Positions 1 to 12,570 of a stretch of DNA of 64,000 bases are shown piece by piece. Every line of letters starts with the position of its first letter. The first letter of the stretch is position 1. The stretch is from assembly GCF_009914755.1 (NCBI RefSeq), contig NC_060933.1. One strand, written 5' to 3'. The notes under the pieces are model-generated. The model saw only the letters and a program-made list of their open reading frames with translations. It was not told where the DNA came from and did not search any database. The position numbers were made by a program, and so were the translations under genes. Origin of the DNA: the human T2T-CHM13v2.0 reference genome, Homo sapiens.

Positions 1-439
1 CCAGGGTCCAGAGCTCAGGGGCCCTGTTCCCCAGTTTTCTGTGCCCAGCAGAAGAGCGGGGGGAACAAAAGGGGGACGGAGCCTGCCCCCTCCCCAGGGC
101 TGGAGGGGGGGCCTCCCACTGTGAGCAGGGCCCAGCCCCTCCCCAGCTCTGACGCAGACCCCTGGACATTGGGAGGGTGCTCTGCTCCCTCAAAGATCTG
201 GCTTTGCCTCAAGATTGGAAGCCAACCAAGGAGGGAGGGGCAGGGGCTCCGAGGGAGGCAGAGTGTGGGGAGTAAGAGGGTCACCCGCACCTCCATGAGC
301 AGGGGACAGGGTGGGCTGGAAAGACGCGAGGCCACAGGGGCATCCTCAGAGTGCTGTCCCCAAAGTCAGGGTCCGTCTCAGCTCCAGTAGTGAAACCCGT
401 CTTTCTCCTGTCTGCATCCCCTTCCTCCTCATGGTACCT

Positions 440-620
440 GTACCTCTACTGACTTTATATTTATTTGTTAATTCTCAGGCTCCGCCCAGAAGAGTGTCAG
501 CTCCTTGAGGGAAGGGATGTGGTCTCATTGTCTGCTGCATCCTCGGCACTGGGTAGGGTGCCTGGGACATTGAGGTCTTCACCAACAGCTGTCGGGTGAA
601 TGAGTGAGTGAGTCAGTGAG
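440..620 (+). mobile_element. L2 LINE 3' end fragment
   Basis: Matches the recalled L2 3' terminus (tgtcagctccttgagggaaggga...gtgcctgggaca) and ends in a TGAATGAGTGAG tail. Confidence 0.6.
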
Positions 621-934
621 TGGCTTCTGGGGCAGCTGAGGCTTGTGGCTTGAGAACACCAGCTCCACCTGGCCCTTTCTAGATGTGGACAGAGGGCAGA
701 CGCTGACCTGCTCGTTGATAGCCAGCCTGGGGGTGGGACAGCCTTCAGGCGTGGCTATGGAGTCAGCCCTGGATTCAAGTCCTGATGCTTTCAGTAGAAA
801 AGGGAGCAGGGCTGGGGGCTCAGCCTCCTCACCCGGTGTGGGCTGGGGCCCTCTTGGGCAACAGGGTCTTGTCTTGGCAGTCTTTCTTGTGGTTTGCATT
901 GGGGTGGGAGCCAGCACTGGATGTGTCAGGTTTA

Positions 935-1475
935 GGGGTCACGGTACCTCAATGTCTTTCTCAAAGCCTCAGGCTGAGGGCCTTGCGGGACCAGTGCCCT
1001 CCCTCCTTGCTTTGGTTTCCTTGGCTCAGCCCCTGGCCACTCCCCGGCACTACCAGTAGATCACCGTGTCCTCCCCACTTGCTCTCCCACCACGAGATCC
1101 TTTGCATAGGCCGTTCCCTCCTCTGGGCACGCCATTCCCGCTGCTTTCTGCATGGCTGCTCCTGAGACTCCTTCCCTCCCCCGAGGCAGCCCCACCTCCC
1201 TGCAGGGCGTGCCCGGTGACTCCCTTCCGCTTTTGCACTTAGCCCAGCCCGCATGCATCTCTCAGGTCACCGTGTTTCTCTTTGCAGGTCACTTGCCTGT
1301 CTCCTCCTTGGAAAGTTAGCTCCATGCAGGTTCGGCCTGGGCTGGCCTGCCTGCCGTTGCCTCCCCAGTGCCCTCACAGTGTACACCATGGAAGGTACCA
1401 GAGTTTAGAGCAAGACCTAGCGCACAGTGCACGCAATGGTGAATGAATGGATGAAAGAACAGGCGAATGAATGAT
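935..1475 (+). mobile_element. L2 fragment with 3' tail; its 5' part is the left arm of an inverted repeat
   Basis: L2-like 3' segment ending in GAATGAATGG repeats at ~1440-1475; 935-1168 is reverse-complementary to 1737-2025. Confidence 0.55.
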
Positions 1476-1489
1476 GGAAGAAACAAGAG

Positions 1490-1700
1490 TGTGAGTTTTG
1501 GGATTAGACTGCCGGGGTTCGTATCCTCATCAGGTCTGACCCTTGGGCAAATTATTTAACCTCTCTTGGCCTCAGTTTCCTCATCTATAAAATAGGTATG
1601 ATCATAGTGCCTACCCCTTAGGGTGGTTATGTGGATAAGTGGTTTCAGGGAGTATTCGATATCTGCAAGTGTGTCACATGTGAACATCACGTGAGCTTTT
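1490..1700 (+). mobile_element. MIR SINE
   Basis: MIR core: ttgggcaaattatttaacctctcttggcctcagtttcctcatctataaaat. Confidence 0.75.
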
Positions 1701-1736
1701 TGAGCATAACCTGTGCAGACCCCAACTCTTGATGGG

Positions 1737-2025
1737 GTCTCAGGAGCAGCAGTGCAAAGGGCAGCGGGAATGGCATTCCCGGAGGAGGGAACACCATCCA
1801 CAGGATGTTTTGGTGGGGGAAAGCAAGAGGGGAGGGGAGAGAGATGGATTGGCAGTGCCAGGGAGTGGTTGAGGGGGCTGAACATCCACAGAAACTAGCC
1901 ACGAAGAGGAGGAAAGCCAGGCCAGGGGGAAGCAGGAGGATGTGAACCAAAGCAGGGAGCGAGGGCTGGTCTCGCAAGGCCCTCAGCCTGAGGCTTTGAG
2001 AAGGCCATGGAGGTACAGTGACCCC
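1737..2025 (-). repeat. Right arm of a local inverted repeat (L2-like, antisense)
   Basis: 30-bp exact reverse-complement core cgcaaggccctcagcctgaggctttgagaa plus colinear flanks matching 935-1168. Confidence 0.85.
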
Positions 2026-2039
2026 CCCAAACCCCAGCC

Positions 2040-3115
2040 CCACCCTAGCTTCTCTTGTAGTCTTCCTCATCCCAGGAAATGAGACCTCCCACTGTTCATG
2101 GCACAGGAGTCAGGCTTGGTGCTTTTCTTTCTTCCACATCCACATCTGATCCTTTTACAAATCCTGATGGCTCTACTTACAATATATCTGAAATCCAGCC
2201 ATTTTCATCTCCACTGCTGCTGTCCCCGACCAGGCCACCACCATCTCCCCTCTGGGCTCTGTCGGCTCCTGGCTGAGAATTCTGATCAGTTCCCCAGACT
2301 TCCCTCCAGCCCCTTCAGTCTATTCTCACTCAGAAACCACAGAGATTGTTTAAAAACACAAATCAAGCCGGGCACGGGGGCTCAAGCCTGTAATCCCAGC
2401 ACTTTGGGAGGCCAAGAGGGGGTGGATCGCTTGAGTCCAGGAGTTCGAGACCAGCCTAGACAACATGGCGAGACTTCATCTCTACAAAAAATTAAAAAAT
2501 GAGCCAGGTATGGTGGCATGTGCCTATAGTCCCAGCTACTCGGGAGGCTGAGGTGGTAGGATTGCTTGAGCCCAGGAGGTTGAAGTTGCAGGGAGCAAGA
2601 TCGCAGCACTGTGCTCCAGCCTGGGTGAAAGAGCGAGGCCTTGCCTCAACACACACACACACACACACAGAGACACACACACAGACACACACACTGACCC
2701 TGGGCTTGCCTCTGCCTTCACCCTCCCTGGCTTCCTGGCTTCAGGTGTCCTTAGAGTTAGGACACTGGGCACACCCACCCCAGGGCCTTGGCACCTGCTG
2801 CTCCAGCCCTGATCCTCTGCTCCGGGCTCCCCACAGGTCTCAATCCCTCCCTCCACCCAGGTCTCAGCTCCAGTGGCATCTCCTCACATCCCTGGCCTCC
2901 CTGTCCAAAGTCCAGCCCTCTTGTTCTCTGCTCTAGCCCCTCACCCTGCTCCCTGGATCCTAGCATTAGTTTCCTGGTTCTTTGTCTTTCTTTCCCAGAA
3001 TGTCAGCCTTGAAAAGGCTCGAACTTGGCTTTTCTGTTCAATGTCTCCTGGTGTATAGAAGAGTGCCTGGCAAGAGTCTGTGCTCATAAATATTGATTGG
3101 ACAAACGAATGAATG
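2040..3115 (+). mobile_element. L2 fragment interrupted by an Alu
   Basis: L2-like ccaggccaccaccatctccc...cttcagtctattctc before the Alu; resumes after it and ends gaatgaatg at ~3110. Confidence 0.55.
2367..2694 (+). mobile_element. Alu (AluJ-like) with (CA)n microsatellite tail at 2649-2694
   Basis: Full dimeric Alu; J-type gcttgagcccagg segments; tail converted to CA repeats. Confidence 0.95.
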
Positions 3116-4207
3116 CTAACTATGACTATTATTACCATTATTGGTCGGCAAAAACTAGAGGAAGATAGATTGAGGAGAGGGTTGATGTGATTATGTCTAA
3201 TAAGAAAAAACAACAACAACAAACAGTGGCCTGCTCCTGCCTGGCTTCCGTCAAAGACCAAAGACCAGTGGGCTTTCTGTCCTCCGGGCTCTGTCTTCCT
3301 GCTGCCATGGTTACCACGCTCCGTGGGCTCCAGAAGAAAGGCCAGGCCAGGCTGACTTTGCGGTTCTGCCCAGCTTCCTTGGGTAGCCCAGGGCCTGGCA
3401 GAGAAAGATCCCATCCAAAAGCAGCTGGCTTCTCCGGTCTTATCTCCGTAGTGCCCAGATGGAGGGACAAGGGAGGCACTTGCTGTTCTTCCAGAAAAAA
3501 ACAGTCCAGGTTCACTCTGCATTTGTGCAGGACCTGGTCATGCTCTGGGCAACTCAAAGACGTTCGGATCATGGTCCCTACCCTCTGGGAGGTTTCTGGC
3601 AGCGGGGTGGGGCCAGAGACAAGCACTGACTTAGCTGTGTATAAAAATAGCAAGGGCTTGCACGTGACAGGGACAAGTCAGGTGCAGAGAAGCAGGGAGA
3701 GCTCTCTCACCCATACCTGCCCCCCAGCCTCGCTGTCCTCTCACCCCAATGGACGCCCTCTTGGCCAAGGCGGCTGAGCTCCCATGTCTCCACCGGGTGC
3801 CATCCCAGACTCCCAGAGGCCTGGGGCTGAGCTGCTCCCTCCACAACCCCACGTCTCAACCAGCGGCTGACAGAGGTTAGAGGGCTTGCACAGATCTTAC
3901 CGCTGGTGGCTGGCAGAGCTTCAGAAGGGTGCAAAAGGGACACTAACTTGGCAATAGCACCCTGGGATCTTCTTTCTCACCTCTCTGCTCCTTCAGCTGA
4001 CAATCCAACCCTGCTCTCCACCGCTGAGAACAGGCTCTGGACCCCCAGAGACCCTCTGAACTAACCACTGCACCCCAAGGAGCAGCTGCAGGGTTTGGGG
4101 GTCCAGGACTGAGGCCTAGGACCATCACCATGGCGGTCACTGTCATCTCCATGACTACAATCATCACCTCCATGACCAACTGCCATCACCTCCATTATCA
4201 CCACTAT

Positions 4208-4890
4208 TGTGAGGGAAATTGTGTCCCCCCGAAAGATAGGTTCGGCCAGGCGCGGTGGCTCATGCCTGTAATCCCAGCACTTTAGGAGGCCGAGGCGGGT
4301 AGATCACCTGAGGTCAGGAGTTCCAGACCAGCTTGGCCAAAATGGTGAAACCCCAGCTCTACTAAAAATACAAAAAATTAGTTGGGCATGTTGGCGGGTG
4401 CCTGTAATCCCAGCTACTTGGGAGACTGAGGCATGAGAATTGCCTGTATCCAGGAAGCGGAGGTTGCAGTGAGCCGAGACTGCGCCAATGCACTTCAGCC
4501 TGCGCAACAAGAGCAAAACTCCGTCTTAAAAAAAAAAAAAAAAAAAAAAGATAGGCTCAAGTCCTAACTCCAGTCCCTCAGAATGCGGCTTTGTGTGGTC
4601 TTTACAGAGGTAACCAGGTTAAGGTGAGGTCGTTGGGGAGCCCTAATCCAATAAGAGTGAGGTTCCTATAAAAAGGGGAAAGGTGAACAGACACGGCAGA
4701 ATGAAGATGACGTCAAGATGAAGGGCAGAAGGATGGGCGGACCGGAGGACAGGAGTGACACAGCCACACGCCAAGGCTGCCAGAAGCTGGAGAGAAGCCT
4801 GGGACGGAGGCTTCCCCGGGGCCTTCAGAGGCAGCATGGTCCTGCCCACGCCCTTACTGTGGACCTCGGGCCTCTGGAACCGTCAGACGG
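4208..4890 (+). mobile_element. MaLR LTR (MLT1B/C/D-like), split by an Alu
   Basis: tgt...aattgtgtccccc start; aaggtgaggtc..ccctaatccaat; gccagaagctgga; ccttcagaggcagcatggtcctgcc. Confidence 0.8.
4244..4549 (+). mobile_element. Alu (AluSq/Sp-like)
   Basis: Full Alu with polyA; TSD aaagataggttc (4232-4243) / aaagataggctc (4547-4558). Confidence 0.95.
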
Positions 4891-4906
4891 CTCTAGCAGG
4901 AGAATA

Positions 4907-7220
4907 TAACCACCATCAGCATCACCACCACCATCAACATCACAACCACCACCATCAGCATCACAACCACCATCAACATCACCACCACCAACATCACCAC
5001 CACCATCAGCATCACCACCACCATCAACACCACCACCACCATCACCATCACAACCACCATCAGCATCACCACCACCACCACCACCACCATCAGCATCACC
5101 ACCAACATCACAACCACCATCACCACCACCATCAGCATCACAACCACCATCACCATCACCACTACCACCACCATCATCAGCATCACAACCACCATCAACA
5201 TCACCATCAACACCACCACCACCATCAGCATCACAACCACCATCACCACCACCATCAGCATCACCATCACCACCACCACCATCACCACCATCAGCATCAC
5301 CACCGCCATCAATATCACAACCACCATCAACATCACAACCACCATCAGCATCACAACCATCATCAACATCACCACCACCATCAACATCAACATCACCACC
5401 ACCATCAGCATCACCACCACCATCAGCATCACCACCACCATCAACACCACCACCACCATCACCATCACAACCACCATCATCACCACCACCATCAGCATCA
5501 CCACCACCATCAACATCACAACCATCACCATCACAACCACCATCATCACCACCACCATCATCACCACCACCACCATCACCATCACAACCACCATCACCAT
5601 CACAACCACCATCACCATCACAACCACCATCAGCATCACCACCACCATCAACACCACCACCACCATCAGCATCACCACCATTAACATCACAACCACCACC
5701 ACCACCATCAGCATCACAACCATCAACATCACCATCAACATCACCACCACCATCAGCATCACAACCACCATCACCACCACCATCAGCATCACCATCACCA
5801 CCACCACCACCATCACCACCATCAGCATCACCACCACCAGCAATATCACAACCACCATCAGCACCACCATCACCAACAACATCACAACCACCACCATCAC
5901 CACCACCAACATCACAACCACCATCACCACCACCACCAACATCACAACCACCATCAGCATCACCACCATCAACATCACCACCACCATCAGCATCACCACC
6001 ACCATCAGCATCACCACCACCATCAACATCACAACCACCACCATCACCACCACCACCACCATCACCACCACCACCAACATCACAACCACCATCAGCATCA
6101 CCACCATCAACATCACCACCACTGTCACCATCACCACCACCATCAGCATCACCACCACCATCACCATCATCAGCATCACCACCACCATCAACATCATAAC
6201 CACCATCAGTATCACCACCACCATCACCACCACCATCACCATCACCACCACCATCAGCATCACCACCATCACCATCACCATCATCAGCATCACCACCACA
6301 ATCAACATCACCACCACCATCAGCATCACCACCACCATCAACATCACCACCACCATCAGCATCACCACCACCATCACCATCACTACCACCATCAGCATCA
6401 CCACCACCATCAACATCACAACCACCATCAGTATCACCACCACCATCAACATCACCACCACCATCAACATCACCACCACCATCAGCATCAACACCGTCAT
6501 CAACATCACCACCACCATCAACATCACCACCACCATCACCATCACCACCACCATCAGCATCACCACCATCATCAGCATCACCACCACCATCACCACCACC
6601 ACCATCAACATCACAACCACCATCAACATCACAACCACCATCAGCATCACCACCACCATCACAACCACCACCATCACCACCAACATCACAACCACCATCA
6701 ACATCACCACTACCATCACCATCACCACCACCATCAGCATCACCACCACCAACATCACAACCACCATCAGCATCACCACCGTCATCAGCATCACCACCAC
6801 CATCAACATCACCACCATCACCACCGCCACCACCATCAGCATCACCACCATCATCAGCATCACCACCATCATCAGCATCACAACCACCATCAGCATCACC
6901 ACCACATCACCACCACCATCATCAACATCACCACCACCACCATCACAACCACCATCAGCATCACCACCACCATCACCAGCATCACCACCACCATCACCAG
7001 CATCACCACCACCATCAACATCACCACCACCATCAGCATCACTACCCCCATCAGCATCACCACCCCGGCATCAGCATCACCACCACCATCACCACCACCA
7101 CCATCACCACCACCACCATCACCATCACCACCACCATCAGCATCACCACCACCATCAACATCACAGCCACCATCACCATCACCACCATCAACATCACAAC
7201 CACCATCATTATCATCACCC
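4907..7220. repeat. ~2.3 kb trinucleotide-based VNTR (CAC/CAT/CAG/CAA/AAC) with 18-bp higher-order unit
   Basis: Directly visible; recurrent CATCAC(C/A)ACCACCATCAR units. Confidence 0.98.
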
Positions 7221-7247
7221 TATCCTCATCCTCAACCTCAACACTCC

Positions 7248-7651
7248 TGTATTTGTTTCCTTCCTTACGGCTGAGGAACACATCACTACAAACCTGGTGG
7301 CTTACAACAACACAGATGATTCTCTTGCTGTTCTGAAGGCCAAAGGTCTTCAGCAGGCTCGGGGAGGACCCTTCCTGCTGCTTCCAGTTTCTGGCAGCTC
7401 TAGGTGCTCCTTGGCTCGTGGCTGCATCACTCCACCCTCTGCCTACGTCTACACACAGCTTCTCCTCTTCCGTAGGCACTTGTGATGACATTTAGGCCCC
7501 ACTTAGGTCATCGAGGGTGACCTCCTCCCAAGATCCATAACTTAATGACATCAACAAAGACCCTTTTTTCCAAATAACGTCACATTCACAGGTTCCAGGG
7601 ATTAGGGTGTGGACATATTTGGTTGGGGGGTGCACCATTTAACCCACTACA
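7248..7651 (-). mobile_element. MaLR LTR (MLT1C-like)
   Basis: Antisense MLT1 features: ggtggcttacaacaacacag..., cttccagtttctggcagct, cacattcacaggttccagggattagg...aacccactaca. Confidence 0.85.
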
Positions 7652-7775
7652 ACCACCACCACCACCAGCATCGCCATGGTTGCATCAGTTAAGTTCTAGA
7701 AAGTACCAGGTCAGTCCAGGGCCCTCACCTGCGTCATGGCCTTTCTTCCTTAAGACAAACTCAGAGCAGGCTCTG

Positions 7776-8085
<310 letters not shown>

Positions 8086-8976
8086 CAGGGTCAGTTATTA
8101 CCCCCATTACTTAACACATAAAGAGGCCAAGTCTTGGAGAGAAGAACTCGCTGGCCCAAGGCTTCGCTGAGAAGGAAGGATTTGAACCCTAGCACTCTGG
8201 CGACAGTGGCCCCTGACTGACAGTTGTCCTGCCCCCAGCCCCAAACTTCTGATCATACAGATAATTCCACAGATGAAAGAGTGGGGCAACCAGCACCTGA
8301 ATGGAAGGCACAGCGCCACGGTCCCATCTAGGCTCTATCACCAGCTGGTGGCGCATCTTAGCCCCATCTCCTTCCCCTCTCCAGGCCTCAGTTTGCCCAA
8401 CTGTAAAACAAGAAGTGGGGGTAGTTGGTCTGGGTAATCTCCGAAGTCCTCCCAGATCTGGGGTTCTGCAACACTGGGTGTCTACTGTCATTTTGTCACA
8501 AACTTTGCCCAGGGCTCCGACTCTCGCATCAGCTAAACCCTCTGAACCCACCACCAGCTCTGCGTGGACGGTCAGCCTGTGGGGTGAGTGCTGGTGACTC
8601 GGCGTGGAGGGAGGTATAGGCCTGCCCGATGCCTGTCCGTATCTCAGGGCTGGGAACCTCTGTCTTACACTCCACAAGCGCTGGGGTGGGATGGGGTGGG
8701 GTGGGGGTGGGAGTGGGGTGGGGATGGAGGATGCTCTTTCTTCTTGGAACCAGTGACTTTGGTTCACACATTCAGGGAGGGCTGTGCAGCTGAGAGCGGC
8801 TGGTGCTGGGAAGAGAGCTGAAGATCACTTTATCTTGAAAGGGCAAAGGTCTCCGTGACCAAAGGCTAACCGCATGTCCTTGGAAGAGAAAAAGAAAACA
8901 TGAAACAGGCTAAAGGGGTCTCTGAAAGTTGTTTCCAAAACCTGGGTTGTTCACTAGGAGTTGCTTGTAAGTGTAA

Positions 8977-9272
<296 letters not shown>

Positions 9273-9779
9273 AACATTTGTTTTTCTGAACCCATGGTAT
9301 GGTGTGCACTGCAGAGGCTTTTTCCTCTGGCTTCCCTGTCCAGAGCAGCAACTGTATGCATTTGAGCTGATAATGTCCAAGAGTGGGGAGCTGAGTTAGG
9401 AACAGAATCACAAACTTTAATTAGCAGGATGACATTAACATCCCAGCAGGGGCTTGGGGGCGTCCTTCAGGCCCATCTGATCCCGGTGGACACCTCCCCA
9501 CAGGACCCGCAATCTTGGGACACTGGAAGCCAGGCGCCCTTTGAGGGTGGAGGGAGGCCACCCACCTCCCCATGTGGCCAGAAATTGCATGCCCCGGCAG
9601 CCTGCCCTGGCTTGGTTCAGCAGGGCCCAGAATGTTCTGGTCTTTATCTGGTTTAGTTTTAAGTGCTTCCAACGGCAGCAGGGCTGTTCCACCACAGTCC
9701 CCAGGAAATTGGTCCGTGTAGGACGGAGCCTTCCCGAGAATGAAGTCATCTGTTCCTTTTTTATTTTTTGTTGCCTTTC

Positions 9780-11400
9780 TCCTTCAACGCGAGTCACCGG
9801 GCCTCTACAGTCCCTCCCCGCGCCAACGCGCCCCGCCGCGGGGCCCGGACGGGCTGGCGGGGGAAGGGGCGAGGAGCAGGGCCCCGGGGTGCGCGGCCGC
9901 CCGACGCCCCCTGCTCTCGCCCTGCCCCCCGCCCCGGCCCCCGCCCGCCGCGGCCTGAAGGTGAGCTCCCGGGGGGCCGCCCGAGCTCCGGCGCGGCCCG
10001 CTCGGCAAACAATAACAGTAAATAACGCTCCCTTGTCAACGTAATAAAAACGGAAACGGTTACAATGTTTTTTAATAAGCGTCCCCCATCAATCTCCCTC
10101 CCCCTCGTCCCGGGCCGTGGGCACCGGGGAGGAGGGGGAAGGGTGGGGGGCACCGGGGCGCGCTGCTTGGGGGACCCGGGGTGCAGGAGGAGGACGCCCG
10201 GGGGAAGAGGGGAAAACACAGCAAGTGAGAGACGAGGGGGCGCGAGCGGCCGGGGTCACGCGCGCCAGCCGAGCCGGGAAGCGGCCGCGGTGAGTAACAC
10301 CGTTGCCATGGCGACGTGGCCACGAGGAACAGGAAGCGGCAGAAATAGCAGCCACCGCGGCCCGCGCCGCCCGGCCCCTCCCCCCAGCCCGTTGCCACGG
10401 AGACCGGGCCAGAGCGAGGCTGCGCGGGCGGCCGCGGCCGCCTGCGCCCCAACCCGCGCATGCGCAGCGGGGCCTGGCCCACGAGGGCGTCGCGGGTGTG
10501 TCCCGTCGCCGCGCCGGGGCCACCTGGACCCCCAGACCTGCCCCTGCCGCCCGCTTAGGTGGTGGTTCGGGGGCCGGGGGAAGGAAAAGCCAAATCGTTC
10601 CTTGTTTGCCTTTGGAAAGCCGCCCTGCCATTGTTCCGGGCGGATTCCTTGGTTTCCAGGCGCTGTAGGCCAGGAGAGGAGGGGGCAGGAACCCCGGCCC
10701 AGCGGTCCCAGACGTTTTCGAAGCGACAGACCCTGGGCCCAGCGCGGGGACGCGGAGGGGACACGGGCTAGCAGCCCTGCCCTCCGGAGCTCAGGCCCAG
10801 TCCGGGCTTCCCAGGCCCCGGGGCTGCCCTCCCGGAGCCCGACCTCCCCTGGGGGTGGGGGTGCTGCCCCGGGGCCCCCTTCCTGGGTTTCCTGGTCCTT
10901 TTGTTCACGTATCCCCCTCCCCGGATTGAACCAGCAAAGAGCACAAAGCAGAAAATACATCCTTGCCGCCCGCAGGCTCCCTCATCCCGCAGAAAACTCT
11001 GAAACAGTCCACACCCATCCCAAAGTTGAGAGAAACCTGGACGTTTCATAAACAAAACCCGCCCTCCAGCAGCGTGTTTATGTGGAGGCGGCCTCGCGTG
11101 TCTGAGGCTGGGGTGTGTGTGCTCGTGTGTGTGTGTACGTGCGCCGGGGACACGCGATCATCTCTCAGGTGTTTGTGGAGAATTTTTTTTCTCTCCAGAT
11201 TTTGTTTGGTTTGTTTTTAATAAGGGTCAGAGGTCTGGGCTTCTGTGGGGAAGGGGCAAAGGTCATCTCGGATGGCCAGGCTGGGAGGTCCTAGGGGGAG
11301 GGGTCGCGGGGCCTGGGCTGCCGGGCGAGGCGGGAGCCGGTGGGAGTCAGCGGGGACAGGCTCCGCGAGCTGCTCCTGGGGTATGGCCCCAGAGAGGACC
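9780..11400. promoter_or_regulatory. CpG island 1, promoter-like
   Basis: Very high GC and CpG density; GC boxes; RFX X-boxes GTTGCCATGGCGAC (10302-10315) and GTTGCCACGGAGAC (10391-10404); NRF1 CGCGCATGCGCA (10455-10466); GGAAG ETS cores. Confidence 0.9.
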
Positions 11401-12289
11401 CGAGCCAGGACTGGGATCTCTCTCCCCTGAGCAGGGCAGCTGTCATTTCCCCGGCCCCTGTCCTGGCCACACTGGCCAAGAGAGAAGGCAAGCGGAGTGG
11501 CCCCGGTCTCTGGGGCTTTCTGCATTGGAAAGGGGAGGCTTTTGTTTTTTGTACAAGGCGGACTTCAACTTTCAGCGAGCAGGCTGACCAGATGGGAATG
11601 TAGACAGGGTGTGCGGGGAAGGGGGACCGCATGCTTCAAACCTCCTCCCTGCCACCATCGCCTAGCAGCCTGAGCCCCCACTGCGGCCCTGTGCTGGCTG
11701 AAGGGAGGGAGGGGCTAGGGCTGATGTTTCTTCTTCCCTCCTTCCCCCACCCCCCTTTTCCAGAGGTGAGAAAGGAACCCCGCCCTGCAGGGGAAACTTG
11801 TCTGGTGTCCAGAAGACTTAGGATCCACGGTGGAGGTCTGGGTGCCATATTGCCGTCTCTCCTTGAAGGAGAAGATGAACACATAGGGAGAAGGCGCCTG
11901 GGAGCTGTCGCTACAGTCTAGAGAAGCCCCACCTTGGCCCAGCAGTAGCCTGTGCTGAGAACCGGGATTCCAGGACCAGACAGTCCTGGCGGTGGATCCC
12001 GGCTCTGCCGAAGCCACAGCTTGTGTATCTGGACAACAGGGATAGCGCAGTGCCCGTGTCACAGGTGGTGATGGCTCCTGGAGGTGGTGCACACAAGCTC
12101 GTGGCATGGCATCTGGTGCACAGTAGGTGCTAGAACATAGAAGCTGTCATTGGAGCTGGTGTGACCCAGGATGGCCACCTTGGGTCTCTGACACTCTGGG
12201 GCTGGCTGTGTCCCAAGGCAGGTTCATCTTTGGTCCAGCCTCCAGGAAAGGAGCACTGGACTGGGGTCAGGAGAAGCCGAGGCCAGGGG

Positions 12290-12570
12290 TTCTGCCACCA
12301 ACCCATTGTGTAATCCGAGGCAAGTCCCTGAGCTGCTTTGAGCCTCAGTCTTCCCATCTGGCAAATGGGGATAATAATCACAACCACCATTGATTGTGAA
12401 CTTACTCAGTGCCAGGTACTCCACCGAGGTCTGTACATTTCCTTATCTAATTCTGCCCTCAAAACAACCAAGTGAGGTAAAGACCACGATGATCCCACTT
12501 TCACAGATGAAGGGGCAGAGCCTCAGAGAGGTGAAGTCACTTGCTGGGGACACAGCTGGAAGATGGTGCA
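12290..12570. mobile_element. Two adjacent MIR fragments in opposite orientation
   Basis: gagcctcagtcttcccatctggcaaatggggataat followed by cccactttcacagatgaagggg...gaggtgaagtcacttg. Confidence 0.65.

Noticed and set aside
4755-6905. 309-aa poly-His/Gln ORF (+) and 670-aa poly-Val/Met ORF (-)
   Set aside because: Translations of a triplet-phased simple repeat that starts in an LTR; no gene structure or domain
10065-11051. 328-aa ORF and overlapping ORFs in CpG island 1
   Set aside because: Arg/Gly/Pro/Ala-rich, open in several frames on both strands because GC-rich DNA lacks stops; no recognisable protein
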